From assembly GCA_977020255.1 (NCBI GenBank), contig CDROCS010004528.1:1-64000 (forward strand): a DNA stretch of 64,000 nt, given 5' to 3'. Below are positions 31,739 to 41,885 of the stretch, in pieces. The translations under genes were made by a program, and so were the position numbers. The DNA comes from Obrimoposthia wandeli (lineage: Eukaryota). The notes under the pieces were generated by a model, which searched no databases, was not told the origin of the DNA, and saw only the letters and a program-made list of their open reading frames with translations. How positions within the stretch are numbered: the first letter of the stretch is position 1; the number at the start of each line of letters is the position of its first letter.

Positions 31739-32338
31739 TTAGATCCACAAAAATAGCGCACAAGAGGCGGTAAGGGTACCTGTGCCGCGAGTAAAAACTT
31801 TCCATCGTAAATCGGTAGACAAAAAGCGTCTAATCGCTCGCCCTGCCAATACCCAAGGTAGAATTGATGCAAAGCTTAGTGGTGGAATAATCAATATTAT
31901 CAACCAAAGTAAATCTTCATTTGCCTCAATTGCGACTAAAATCAAGCTCACTAATGCTAACGTTGCTGTAATTGCCTTTGGATTTGCGAACTGAAACGCA
32001 GCAGCGCTCAAAAAACGCATGGGTTTTGACTGCTCTCTATCCGCTTGTGTATTACTGGCATTGCCCATTTTCCAGCCAATAAGCACCAACCAAATTGATC
32101 CTGTAATTTTAAGTAGTAGCATCAACTCAGGCCATTGATCGATTAGCGGTTTTAAGCCTAGAACGGCTAGCATATTCAATAGACACGTACCAAAAATAAT
32201 ACCTAGCAGATGCGGTAATGTTTTTTTAAAGCCAAAATTAGCGCCAGAATAAACGAGCATCATATTGTTTGGGCCAGGTGTTGCCCACATGGTATAAGCC
32301 ACTACAACAAAAGGGCTTAATAATTCTATATTAGACAT
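31739..32338 (-). CDS. LysE-family exporter
   Basis: TPGPNN, FQFANPK, hydrophobic segments. Confidence 0.9.
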   Translation of the reverse strand: MSNIELLSPFVVVAYTMWATPGPNNMMLVYSGANFGFKKTLPHLLGIIFGTCLLNMLAVLGLKPLIDQWPELMLLLKITGSIWLVLIGWKMGNASNTQADREQSKPMRFLSAAAFQFANPKAITATLALVSLILVAIEANEDLLWLIILIIPPLSFASILPWVLAGRAIRRFLSTDLRWKVFTRGTGTLTASCALFLWI

Positions 32339-32474
32339 GTCTTTCCTTCATAAATAAGCTAAATGTTATTTAGCGAGACTCTCGCTATCGCCTCTTTTAA
32401 CTGCAAGCGCTTTACTGCTAAAGAGTATAGGCATATTATTAGAAATAACACAGACACAATAACTGGAATTTCAG

Positions 32475-33926
32475 ATGGGTACAGATAACAATTTAGTCAC
32501 ACTCAAACAACCCAATTATCTGTTGATAGCTCAAAAAATAGAGCGTAGCATTTTACAAGGCGAGCTAACTCAAGGGCAAAAACTGGGCTCTATTCGCCAC
32601 TTGGCAAAAAATGAAGGTGTCAGTATCAACACCATTCGCTCGGCCTTGGATACCCTTATACAAAGTAATCTAATTGGTAGCATACCAAGGGTAGGCTTTG
32701 TCGTTAACTACCGCAGTACCGCCCTTGATAACTCCCCTTTCGAGCAGTTCACACCAGATAGCCGCCTTGCTGAACCCTCCCAGCGTTGGCTAAACACGAT
32801 GGTTTTAGGCAATAGAAGTAGCCATCCGTTTTTTCATATGGCGGTTCCCACTGATACTAAGATTTTTAAAAGCTTTCAGCGTCAATACAGACAGGCTGTT
32901 TTAAAAAACTTGAACAGAGAAACAGATAGCGCCAAGGGCTTATCAAGCTTAAGAGGCAGTATTAGTGAGCACTTAGCACAACGAGACTGCCATATAAACG
33001 CTGCAGATATCCAGATAACCAATGGCTGCCAACACGCGCTTGAGCACGCTTTAAGAGTGTTGTGTAAGCCTGGCGATACCGTGGCTATTCCTGTCCCTGC
33101 GTTTCCTGGCTATTTTGCTTTACTGGGAGTGCTGGGACTAAAAGCACTCGAGATACCAATGTCTCCTTTAGGGCCTGATGAAAATATTTTACAAAAAGCG
33201 ATGGCCAGTAAAAAAATGAGTGCTGTTTTAATGCAGCCCAATTGCCACAACCCAACAGGCATCACTTTAACAGATGATTATAAACAGCGTATTGCGCAGT
33301 GGGCAGCGCAATACGAAACACCTGTGATTGAAGATGATATCAGTGCACAGCTAAATTTTATTGGTGAGCCCGCTTCACTCATTGCCAGCTATGACACTAA
33401 AGGCTGGTGCTTAGTTGTCAGCTCTATTTCAAAAGTTATTGGAGACAGTGAACGTATAGGTTGGTGCTGCCCTGCCCGTTTTAAAACCCAATATATGACT
33501 CAGTTTGCTGTCAGCCAAATCAGCAGCTCTTATTTTTTACAAATTGCATTGAACCGCTACTACCAAGGATCACTCTATCAAAGTCAACTACGCAACTGGC
33601 GCCTAGATATAAAGGTAGCTACTACGGCAGTGTCTTTACGCTTAAAAGCCGAATTAGCAGATGATATTCAGATAACCCCATCTACAGGCGGGTACTCTCT
33701 CTGGTTGAAGTTGCCGCAAATAATAAGCGCGCAACAGCTCCATCAACGCATTGATTCGCAAAAAGTAGATTTTTTAAGTGGCGAATTATTCAGTTTAGAA
33801 ATGCGTTTTAAACAGTTTATTCGCTTGATAATCATGCCGCCTTTAAATAAGAAAACCTTGTTAGGTATCGATCATTTAATCGAGACAATTAAAACCGCAT
33901 TAACGATACCGTTTATCAAAGAGTAG
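32475..33926 (+). CDS. MocR/GntR regulator with PLP aminotransferase-like domain
   Basis: N-terminal GntR HTH, ITNGCQHAL, HNPTG, IEDD, SISK. Confidence 0.92.
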   Translation: MGTDNNLVTLKQPNYLLIAQKIERSILQGELTQGQKLGSIRHLAKNEGVSINTIRSALDTLIQSNLIGSIPRVGFVVNYRSTALDNSPFEQFTPDSRLAEPSQRWLNTMVLGNRSSHPFFHMAVPTDTKIFKSFQRQYRQAVLKNLNRETDSAKGLSSLRGSISEHLAQRDCHINAADIQITNGCQHALEHALRVLCKPGDTVAIPVPAFPGYFALLGVLGLKALEIPMSPLGPDENILQKAMASKKMSAVLMQPNCHNPTGITLTDDYKQRIAQWAAQYETPVIEDDISAQLNFIGEPASLIASYDTKGWCLVVSSISKVIGDSERIGWCCPARFKTQYMTQFAVSQISSSYFLQIALNRYYQGSLYQSQLRNWRLDIKVATTAVSLRLKAELADDIQITPSTGGYSLWLKLPQIISAQQLHQRIDSQKVDFLSGELFSLEMRFKQFIRLIIMPPLNKKTLLGIDHLIETIKTALTIPFIKE

Positions 33927-33982
33927 CCGCTCTTTGGTGTTTATTTTTAAAAAAACTGAAAACTGAAAGGAAATATCACGCT

Positions 33983-34351
33983 ATGAATGTGCTGCAATTA
34001 AAAGAGTTTTGCGCCAGCTTTGCACATGCAAATAGCATAGAGGTTGGTAATGGCCGCAACCTATTATCCTATCAAATTGATAACAAAAAATTTGCTTACT
34101 TCAAAACAAGTGAGCCCGAACAATGGCGATTTAGCATTCGGGTATCACCTGAGCGGTTTCTGGAACTCACCGATCAACGCGGTATAAATCCAGCACGCTA
34201 TATGCATCGTTTTCATTGGATTAGTATTGTAAATGTCGATCATATTGACGAAGATTATCTAAAGGAGCTGGTTGAAAACTCCTACCAAAAGGCTATTTCA
34301 AGCTTAAGTAAAAAACGTCAACGCGAGTTACACAGCTCACTTGATGATTAG
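33983..34351 (+). CDS. MmcQ/YjbR-family protein
   Basis: KKFAY, PARYMHRFHWISI, LVENSY. Confidence 0.85.
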   Translation: MNVLQLKEFCASFAHANSIEVGNGRNLLSYQIDNKKFAYFKTSEPEQWRFSIRVSPERFLELTDQRGINPARYMHRFHWISIVNVDHIDEDYLKELVENSYQKAISSLSKKRQRELHSSLDD

Positions 34352-34460
34352 AAAAAACTTTTCTACTAATGATAAACAAGGAAAAATCAAGCGAACTAGT
34401 GAGTGGTTACCCAGAAACAGAACGCTGTAGGCAACTGTTTTTGGAAGGGCGCTAGTTATG

Positions 34461-35324
34461 CTAGAGTTGCGCTTTAAGCCAGTCTATAAATTTTTGCTGG
34501 CTACTGTCCAATTTAGAACCTCTGTGCAGTATATGATATTGACCTGTAGCAATAGGGCTATCTTTAAAAGGGGTTACTAAAGCGCCTGAATACAATAACT
34601 CTGCCAAAAACACCTGCGGTATTAACGCAAGCCCCAGTCCTTCTACAGCCGCCTGAATAGCAAATATTGTATTTTCAAAGCTGATATCTGTCATTTTATG
34701 CGCCACACTATGCCCTTTTATATCGAACCATTTCTTCCATAATTCAGGTCGTGTTTTGTAGTGAATCACTGGTGCTTTATGTAGCAACTGCTGCATATCA
34801 CTTATCCCTGACAACAGCTTTTTTGCACACACTAAATGACAGTACTCAACCATAAATGGGTGATGATTTAATCCAGAAAACTGAGCAGGATCACGCCTAA
34901 TGTATAGATCAAAGGTATTGTGAGGATCTATAGGTAGCGAGGAAGTAGATATTTCAATTGGTATTTGGGGGTACTGCTGTTTAAAGCTTGCAAGCTTAGG
35001 TATTAACCAATGTAAAGCAAAGGTAGGTGACGTTTCAATTTTAAAAGTGGGTTGCTTAGATTTTTCAATGAAGTACTGGTTTGCATTATCTATCTGCGCT
35101 AACGCAGGCTCCACCAGCTGCAAGTAATATACGCCTGCTTCTGTCAGTACTACCTCTCTATATTGACGTATAAATAGCAAAACGCCTAAGCGCTGTTCCA
35201 GTGTTCTTATTTGGCGGCTAACCGCTCCCGGTGTAACGTATAATTGTGCTGCTGTCTTTTTAAAACTTAAATTTTGTGCAGCCAACACAAATACTTTAAT
35301 ACTATTGAGTGATAAATTATCCAT
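34461..35324 (-). CDS. LysR-family regulator (GcvA-like); start may be 35324 or 35369
   Basis: SFKKTAAQLYVTPGAVSRQIRTLE, QAAVEGLGLAL. Confidence 0.92.
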   Translation of the reverse strand: MDNLSLNSIKVFVLAAQNLSFKKTAAQLYVTPGAVSRQIRTLEQRLGVLLFIRQYREVVLTEAGVYYLQLVEPALAQIDNANQYFIEKSKQPTFKIETSPTFALHWLIPKLASFKQQYPQIPIEISTSSLPIDPHNTFDLYIRRDPAQFSGLNHHPFMVEYCHLVCAKKLLSGISDMQQLLHKAPVIHYKTRPELWKKWFDIKGHSVAHKMTDISFENTIFAIQAAVEGLGLALIPQVFLAELLYSGALVTPFKDSPIATGQYHILHRGSKLDSSQQKFIDWLKAQL

Positions 35325-35467
35325 TTGCAGCACCTTTATATATACATGAGTTGATAAAAACTCAACCAACTTAACAAAACAATCGTTTTACCTACCGTTT
35401 TTTAACCAAGATAATAACCGCTTGAACACCAATATAAACACCTAACCAACAACATAATGGCGCTCCC

Positions 35468-36334
35468 TTGGATACAATCGTTATTTTCAGCATGCTTATT
35501 TCGGCATTCTTACATGCCTTTTGGAACTACTTACTCAAACGCTCGCGTGAACCCAGCCTTTTTATTGCGCTAAGCAAAGTATTGGAAGCAATCATATTCT
35601 TTGCTCCCTTTTTGTATTTCCAACAGCACTACCCCTTAAGCGTGCAACAAATCGGGGTAGTTAGCATTGCAGCTTTGCTGGTTTTAGCCAGCTATTTTTT
35701 TCTGGCGCTTGCTTATCGTTTTTTAGATATGAGTATCGCATATCCTGTGTCTCGCTCTAGTACGTTATTCTTACCTTTTCTAGCTTGGTTTTTTTTAGAT
35801 GAGGGCATCAGCACAATCGGCTTAATTGCCATTGCATTAATCACTATCGGCGTAATTTTGCTTAGTTTGGGTGGCATGAAAGCTGCTACTAATAATACTT
35901 CGACACTACCAATTAAAGGCATTTTACTGGCTCTAGCGGTAGCGTTTATTTCAGGTTTACAAACAATCTGGTCTAAACTAGCCATTATGGAAATCCACCC
36001 TTTTGTGTTTTTTTACAGTTACACTTTCTTAGTGGGTGTAGGCTATTGCATATATTTACTTATCAGGTATCCAAAAAAAGCTATTCGCAGTCAATTAACA
36101 ATGCATTGGCCTGCAATATCTTACGTAGCTATCCTTAATACCTGCAGTTATGGATTGTTTTTATATGCTCTATCTAGAGCAAGCGCAGCTTATGTGGGCT
36201 CTATTAGGCAATTGAGTTTAGTGATCGCTTTAATGCTCGGATACTGGTTATTAAAAGAGACATTAAGCAAGCAAAAGCTACTCGGTACCGCCATCGTCAT
36301 TGCAGGTACTTTACTCATCACTTTTGTAGGCTAA
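35468..36334 (+). CDS. EamA/DMT-family transporter
   Basis: SAFLHAFWN, AYPVSRS, two EamA repeats. Confidence 0.88.
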   Translation: MDTIVIFSMLISAFLHAFWNYLLKRSREPSLFIALSKVLEAIIFFAPFLYFQQHYPLSVQQIGVVSIAALLVLASYFFLALAYRFLDMSIAYPVSRSSTLFLPFLAWFFLDEGISTIGLIAIALITIGVILLSLGGMKAATNNTSTLPIKGILLALAVAFISGLQTIWSKLAIMEIHPFVFFYSYTFLVGVGYCIYLLIRYPKKAIRSQLTMHWPAISYVAILNTCSYGLFLYALSRASAAYVGSIRQLSLVIALMLGYWLLKETLSKQKLLGTAIVIAGTLLITFVG

Positions 36335-36500
36335 GCACCTACCTTTAAAGATGGCTTTCAATAAAATGCATTCTCTTCCTAAGAGGTAAGCCAGCACTTG
36401 TGGTTTTAGCTGTACCTGACTCGTCTATAGTGAATCCAAAAACAACATAGGTACGTATAAATAATAACCAATACAAGTTAAAGGTACGGCTGAGGCTAAC

Positions 36501-36911
36501 ATGCTAAATATTTCAGGTACACTACTCTCCTATGTAGATAGGGGGCTTTCAACCACACAAACTAACCTTAAAAGTAGCTCTCAAGCTGAGTATCCAATAG
36601 ATAACTCCACGATAAGTACCGTCGATAATGTAGTTAACATTAGCGAGCAAGCACGTACTGCTTTGCTCAAAAGTTCTGCCGCTTCTGAACAACAGTTTTT
36701 AGATAATCAACTGGCTGCAAGTAACGAGCGAAGCGCGCAGCAAAAAGTACAAGCGCAAGATAATTTGTCTCTATTTATTGCCAATGCTCAACGTTATTCC
36801 CAACTCGATACTACAGCGATAGCAATAGAGAATAGACAAGCAATCAACACCTACTCGCTGATAGAAAATAAAGTGATAGCGACCACAAATAGCAATGCGC
36901 TTGAGTCCTAA
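36501..36911 (+). CDS. Hypothetical protein, 136 aa
   Basis: ORF with a GAGG RBS, low complexity, VVNISEQAR segment; no family recognised. Confidence 0.55.
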   Translation: MLNISGTLLSYVDRGLSTTQTNLKSSSQAEYPIDNSTISTVDNVVNISEQARTALLKSSAASEQQFLDNQLAASNERSAQQKVQAQDNLSLFIANAQRYSQLDTTAIAIENRQAINTYSLIENKVIATTNSNALES

Positions 36912-36925
36912 GCAATTGCTTTCTT

Positions 36926-37060
36926 AATAAAGATCCTCGGGGCTAGCCCTATCGCCACACGCGGTTTTACTTCGTGAAGCGAGGGTTTCTAGTGGTTTTT
37001 GGCGCTCATAGGCTAAAAATCTACCCTTGATGATCTAACTACATCCAATTTTTAGCTATT
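36926..37060. repeat. Dispersed intergenic repeat, copy 2 (diverged)
   Basis: aataaagatcctcgggg...cttcgtgaagc...tttctagtg...tacccttgatgat. Confidence 0.75.
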
Positions 37061-37099
37061 TAATGAAACAGCCAAACCCTAGCCCTCGCGATAAAAAAA

Positions 37100-38299
37100 T
37101 TAAGTTTCATTTGCAATGCTCGCTTTTGTGCGCCACTGCACTTCGACTCCTGGCTTTGGATTAAAAGGCACTAACAGCGCTAAAATCAATGACACGCCTG
37201 CCATTGCAGCGCCTGTAAAGAACACTAATGCAGGCGAGCTAATCCAAAGAATCCCATACAGCGCCGGCAACACTATTGCCGCTCCATGATTAATACTAAA
37301 GGCTACTCCCGCTGTTTGTGCCATATCTTTAGGATCAGCAATTTTTTGGAAATAAGTTTTTTGAGCGATAGCCATAGAGAAAAGTAAGTGATCTACTATA
37401 TAGAGCATGACTGCTATCATAGGATTAGATACCACAGCATAAGCACTAAAGATGACAATTAAGCCTACATATTCTATAATTAAAGTCCTTCTCTCACCTA
37501 TCTTATTGATTAACTTACCTATTAACGGCGCAAAAATCATATTCAAAACGCCGTTTGCCAAAAACATCAACGTGATATCTGATACCGAGAAACCAAATTT
37601 TTCGACCATAAGGAAGCCAGAAAAAACTACAAATATCTGCCGTCTCGCACCACCCATAAACGTCAGTGCATAGTATAACCAATACCTTTTATGCAGCTTA
37701 ATTTTTTTATGCTGCTCGACTTTCCCTTCAAATTTTGGAAAAAACATCCAGCAGAAAACGGCAATACACATAGTTGTCACCCCACCGATAACATATACCT
37801 GTTTCATCTCTAATTGTAGTGTTTCAATAAACACCCAAACTAATGAAAACGCCAGCAAACCAGCTCCTGAGCCAATCGCTACCATCTTTCCCATTTTATA
37901 AGGCGCCTCTTCTCGACTAAACACTTGTAAAGACAGCGATTGGTTAACCGTTTCATAATAATGAAAACCAAGAGACATCAGCACTGTTGTACAATATAAA
38001 CCGATTTCGCTAGGAAAATAGCCTGTTAAAGCCGTCCCTAACCCCATCACAAGCAATGATACTATTGCTAAGGTCTGCTCCTTGAGCACTAACAGTAAAA
38101 ACACCACCGAGAAAGCGATAAAACCTGGCACTTCACGTAAAGATTGTAAAATACCTATTTCTACTCCAGTAAAGTTCGCTGACTCAATTGTGAAGTTATT
38201 TAAAAGCGCCTGCCATACACCAAAAGCAATGGGTACTGCTGCGGCCATTAAATACAATAAGATGTCGGGTTGTTTATATTTGTGCATGTACTTCTCCAA
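37100..38299 (-). CDS. MFS transporter
   Basis: GILQSLREVPG, multiple TM segments. Confidence 0.88.
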   Translation of the reverse strand: MEKYMHKYKQPDILLYLMAAAVPIAFGVWQALLNNFTIESANFTGVEIGILQSLREVPGFIAFSVVFLLLVLKEQTLAIVSLLVMGLGTALTGYFPSEIGLYCTTVLMSLGFHYYETVNQSLSLQVFSREEAPYKMGKMVAIGSGAGLLAFSLVWVFIETLQLEMKQVYVIGGVTTMCIAVFCWMFFPKFEGKVEQHKKIKLHKRYWLYYALTFMGGARRQIFVVFSGFLMVEKFGFSVSDITLMFLANGVLNMIFAPLIGKLINKIGERRTLIIEYVGLIVIFSAYAVVSNPMIAVMLYIVDHLLFSMAIAQKTYFQKIADPKDMAQTAGVAFSINHGAAIVLPALYGILWISSPALVFFTGAAMAGVSLILALLVPFNPKPGVEVQWRTKASIANET

Positions 38300-38369
38300 G
38301 GTGGAACTATCTTGTATTAATCATAAGAAGTACTTTAATTTATAACGACATTGGCGTATATACACTAAT

Positions 38370-39218
38370 ATGCCAATAAATAACGCAAAGCAGACAGCCA
38401 AGAAAACAATAGGAGCCCATTGGGACAGCGTAGAGGGAAAACCTCTTCAACCTTCATTGGATATTCCAAGGCGTGTCTATATTTTAAGCTCCGCCATGCT
38501 CAGTGGCGACATTATCCCCACTCACTCGCACGCCAGAGGTCAGCTACTTTTTTTGACTGAAGGTTTGGCTGAAGCAAGGATCATTGACCCTAATTCAGGT
38601 AAAAGCGGCATTTGGACTGTACCACCACATCGAGCAGTGTGGATTCCACCTTACATAAAGCACGAAATACGAGTTATTCATTCTGTTAAAATGAATAATG
38701 TATATATTTCAACTGAGGCGGCCAGTGCTTTGCCTGAGTCATGCCAAGTGACGAGCGTCTCTAATTTACTCAGAGAACTCATCATTGCAATCTCAGCATT
38801 TGAGCCTCTCTATGATGAAAATGGAGCACAGGGCACAATAGTGAACGTATTTCTGGATCAGCTGAATTTATCAGAACAAGCTCCTCTGCACTTGCCCATG
38901 CCTAATAGCCGAGCCTTATTACACATTACACAAACGTTACTAGCGCAACCAGAACACCACTACAGTATGCAACATTGGGAAAAAGTATTAGGTATCAGCA
39001 GCAGGACCATTGCACGTCGCTTTTTAGAAGAAACTAATATGACGTACAGCCAATGGCGACAACAAGCTATTTTATTGAGGGCGTTACAGAGAATTGCGCA
39101 CAAAGATGCTATTGCAAATATAGCCTTAGAACTAGGATACCAAAGCCAGAGTGCTTTTATCAGCATGTTTAAAAAAGCACTGGGAAAAACACCCGCTAAG
39201 TACTTTTTAGATCAATAA
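38370..39218 (+). CDS. AraC-family regulator with cupin sensor
   Basis: HSHARGQL, VPPHRAVWIPP, ALELGY.SQSAF. Confidence 0.92.
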   Translation: MPINNAKQTAKKTIGAHWDSVEGKPLQPSLDIPRRVYILSSAMLSGDIIPTHSHARGQLLFLTEGLAEARIIDPNSGKSGIWTVPPHRAVWIPPYIKHEIRVIHSVKMNNVYISTEAASALPESCQVTSVSNLLRELIIAISAFEPLYDENGAQGTIVNVFLDQLNLSEQAPLHLPMPNSRALLHITQTLLAQPEHHYSMQHWEKVLGISSRTIARRFLEETNMTYSQWRQQAILLRALQRIAHKDAIANIALELGYQSQSAFISMFKKALGKTPAKYFLDQ

Positions 39219-39248
39219 ACTAGCGGCAGAAAACTTACCCTTGTTGAT

Positions 39249-39668
39249 TTAAGTTTGTGTGCTTAAAAACCTTATCCAAGCCTTAATCAACTGTTGAAAA
39301 TCTTCTAAACCACAACTCGCAACAAAACCTATACTCGTATCACCCAATCCTTGCTCATCAAGATATTCATCTTGATCTTCGAAGTCTTCTTCATCTTGCT
39401 GGACATACTCATCATTTTGCTGCAACAGTGCGTTAGCGCTCACTGACGCTTGTTGTCTATTCAATTCTAAATGAAATTCTCGTCCCGCGAATTCAAACTG
39501 CCATAGATGCGCAGTTAACAACTGATCAACAGCCGTTTCAATTTTTGCTAAATCAACAAAATTAGCTCCGCTCATTTCTATATTTAACCAATGAGCGAAT
39601 GCTTCAGCTTCCATATTCATTTCAGCAACGGGTTGGCCTATGTCATTGCGACTAAAGCTATATTCCAT
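39249..39668 (-). CDS. yacL: YacL-family protein
   Basis: MEYSFSRN, EAFAHWLNIE, CGLEDF. Confidence 0.8.
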   Translation of the reverse strand: MEYSFSRNDIGQPVAEMNMEAEAFAHWLNIEMSGANFVDLAKIETAVDQLLTAHLWQFEFAGREFHLELNRQQASVSANALLQQNDEYVQQDEEDFEDQDEYLDEQGLGDTSIGFVASCGLEDFQQLIKAWIRFLSTQT

Positions 39669-39681
39669 AAATCAACGTTCC

Positions 39682-40164
39682 TTAAACTTCGAAGCGCGTA
39701 TATTTAACAAAAACGTCTACGATTTCAGATAAGTATTGTTGATCAATTTCATCAAATCTAGCAATCAAAGGGCTATCTATATCGAGCAACGCTATCACTT
39801 TTTGATTACTCATAATCGGTAATACTATTTCAGAATTTGAAGCAGCATCACAAGCAATATGTCCATCAAATTGATGTACATCCGCAATACATTGCACTTG
39901 AGCTGTCGCCGCTGCAGTACCGCAAACCCCTTTGCCTATAGGGATACGTACACAAGCAACTTGCCCCTGAAATGGACCTAAAACTAGTTCATCATTTTTT
40001 ACAAAATAAAAGCCAGCCCAATTAAGTCCATCTAAATTGTTAAATAATAATGCACTGATATTGGCAGCATTTGCCACACAGTCACTTTCATCTTGTAAGA
40101 GTGCTTTTGCTTGCTTTACTAATAACTGGTAAGTTTTTTGCTTTTCTACTCGCGAGTCGTTCAC
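39682..40164 (-). CDS. msrC: GAF-domain free methionine-R-sulfoxide reductase
   Basis: NWAGFY, LGPFQG..AC, GVCG, HIACDAASNSEIV, LDIDSP. Confidence 0.9.
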   Translation of the reverse strand: MNDSRVEKQKTYQLLVKQAKALLQDESDCVANAANISALLFNNLDGLNWAGFYFVKNDELVLGPFQGQVACVRIPIGKGVCGTAAATAQVQCIADVHQFDGHIACDAASNSEIVLPIMSNQKVIALLDIDSPLIARFDEIDQQYLSEIVDVFVKYTRFEV

Positions 40165-40176
40165 TAAACTATTTCT

Positions 40177-40614
40177 CTATAAATTATTAATGTCATTGTT
40201 TGTCTGATACTTTTTTGATGTAACATACGCTTCCATTGAGCCTACTTGCTTATCTAAACGGCGCAGTCTATCACGTATTTCTTTTAACCGACTAGAAACA
40301 CCCTGGTGATAATTAAATACCTTTTTGCGAGTGTCTGAGTCGTTACGTGAGGTTGAATAACCAGTGCGCTTTGCTATGACAAAAATAGCGACCACATACG
40401 CGATGAGTGCCAATTGGAAAGTAAATATTACTAAACTTATAAAGACCAATCTTGCAACCCATACCGGTATATCAAAGTAATCTGCAAACCCTGCACATAC
40501 TCCTGCAATTTTTCCATTGTCAGTATTTCGGTATAAATTACGTTGATAGCCATTTTCTTTATTAGGCCTGCCTTCTTCTTTATCGCAGCTGCCCCTCTTA
40601 TAATTACATCCCAT
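40177..40614 (-). CDS. pspC: Phage shock protein C
   Basis: LYRN..GKIAGVCAGFADYF; follows pspB. Confidence 0.9.
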   Translation of the reverse strand: MGCNYKRGSCDKEEGRPNKENGYQRNLYRNTDNGKIAGVCAGFADYFDIPVWVARLVFISLVIFTFQLALIAYVVAIFVIAKRTGYSTSRNDSDTRKKVFNYHQGVSSRLKEIRDRLRRLDKQVGSMEAYVTSKKYQTNNDINNL

Positions 40615-40693
40615 TGTTTCTCTCCATCCTCTTACTAAAATGTATCCACTTAACAGTGGTCTAGGTTTGGGCTTTGCCTAATGCGCTTACAGA

Positions 40694-40927
40694 TTACGTT
40701 TGGTTACGCCAACCCTTATGCTGCTCATCTAGAATTGCCTCTAAGGTATTAATGCGCTCTGACAAGCTCTCTATACTTTGTGCAACCTCATCGACTACTA
40801 CTTGATCTTGGTTTGAAAAACCTTCACTTTCTTTTTTCTTACTCCAGTAATGCAACATTAACCACAGCGGCGCAACAATCACCAAAAACACGACCGTTGG
40901 TACAAATACAAACACCATCCCAGACAT
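40694..40927 (-). CDS. pspB: Phage shock protein B
   Basis: VAPLWL.LHY, ERINTLEAILD. Confidence 0.92.
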   Translation of the reverse strand: MSGMVFVFVPTVVFLVIVAPLWLMLHYWSKKKESEGFSNQDQVVVDEVAQSIESLSERINTLEAILDEQHKGWRNQT

Positions 40928-40956
40928 AAAACCTCCTTAATTTCACTTACCAAAGC

Positions 40957-40985
40957 GCCTCTTTAAAATCATTTCTAAAAGAGGC
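40957..40985. terminator. Intercistronic stem-loop between pspA and pspB
   Basis: 8-bp inverted repeat gcctcttt/aaagaggc. Confidence 0.4.
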
Positions 40986-41007
40986 CTAAACAGAAATATC
41001 CTTCATG

Positions 41008-41673
41008 TTACTTTTGCTTAATTTTAGATTTTAGCTCTGCCAATTCTTGATCTATTTCGTCATCCACTGCTAAATCTGCAATTTCCTCAGATAGCGAATG
41101 GTTACCTTTACCTAAATCAAACGATTCTACTTCTGCTTCAAGCTCTTCTAAGCGCTGCTCATATTGCTCAAATTTATCAAATGCTTTATTCAATGTTTCA
41201 CGATTAGTACGCTTGCGTACCTCAAGGCGAGAACGACCAGTATTCTCTCTTACGAGTAACTCTTTTTGTTTAGCGCGCGCTGAGTCTAATTTTGACTGTA
41301 ATTGTGCTATTTCATTACTTAATAACTCTATTTGTTCTTCAATAAAAATTAGCTCTTCACTACCTGCCTGTACGGCTTCTTGAGCTCGGCGCTTTTCTAT
41401 TAATGCACCTTTTGCTAAATCTTCACGCCCCTTACTTATAGCAAGTTCTGTTTTCTCTAGCCAATTATTCGCCTCTAATTGCAATGTTTTAACCCTTCTT
41501 TGCAGCTCTTTTTTATCTGCTAAGATCTTGGCAGAAGTCGTTCTTACTTCAACAAGCGTGTCTTCCATTTCTTGAATCATTAAACGAATCATTTTCTTTG
41601 GATCTTCTGCACGATCTAAAATAGAAGTAAGGTTTGAATTAACAATATCCTGAAACCGTGAAAATATACCCAT
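41008..41673 (-). CDS. pspA: Phage shock protein A
   Basis: MGIFSRFQDIVNSN...AEDPKKMIRLMIQEMEDTLVEVR. Confidence 0.96.
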   Translation of the reverse strand: MGIFSRFQDIVNSNLTSILDRAEDPKKMIRLMIQEMEDTLVEVRTTSAKILADKKELQRRVKTLQLEANNWLEKTELAISKGREDLAKGALIEKRRAQEAVQAGSEELIFIEEQIELLSNEIAQLQSKLDSARAKQKELLVRENTGRSRLEVRKRTNRETLNKAFDKFEQYEQRLEELEAEVESFDLGKGNHSLSEEIADLAVDDEIDQELAELKSKIKQK

Positions 41674-41741
41674 AACTTAAACTCCTTTATCCTATTTTAA
41701 GAGCATTCGCTTTAATCAATGCCACTGTTTAAGTATGTAAT

Positions 41742-41757
41742 AGCGAAAAGTGTGCCA
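41742..41757 (-). promoter_or_regulatory. sigma54 -24/-12 promoter of pspA
   Basis: Minus strand TGGCACACTTTTCGCT (GG-N10-GC). Confidence 0.8.
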
Positions 41758-41773
41758 ATAAAAGTAATTTTTG

Positions 41774-41786
41774 TAACACATTGATA
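41774..41786 (-). promoter_or_regulatory. IHF site
   Basis: TATCAATGTGTTA matches WATCAANNNNTTR and lies between the promoter and the UAS. Confidence 0.7.
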
Positions 41787-41836
41787 TTTTTAATCTTTAA
41801 TATAAACAAAAAGCTGGCCGCAGGACATGCATATAG

Positions 41837-41877
41837 AAAAAACCATTATCTGGTTTTTTAAACCATAATATGGCTTA
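41837..41877. promoter_or_regulatory. Two tandem palindromes, candidate PspF upstream activating sequences
   Basis: aaaaaacca-ttatc-tggtttttt and taaacca-taata-tggctta, just before pspF. Confidence 0.6.
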
Positions 41878-41885
41878 ATAAGCAG

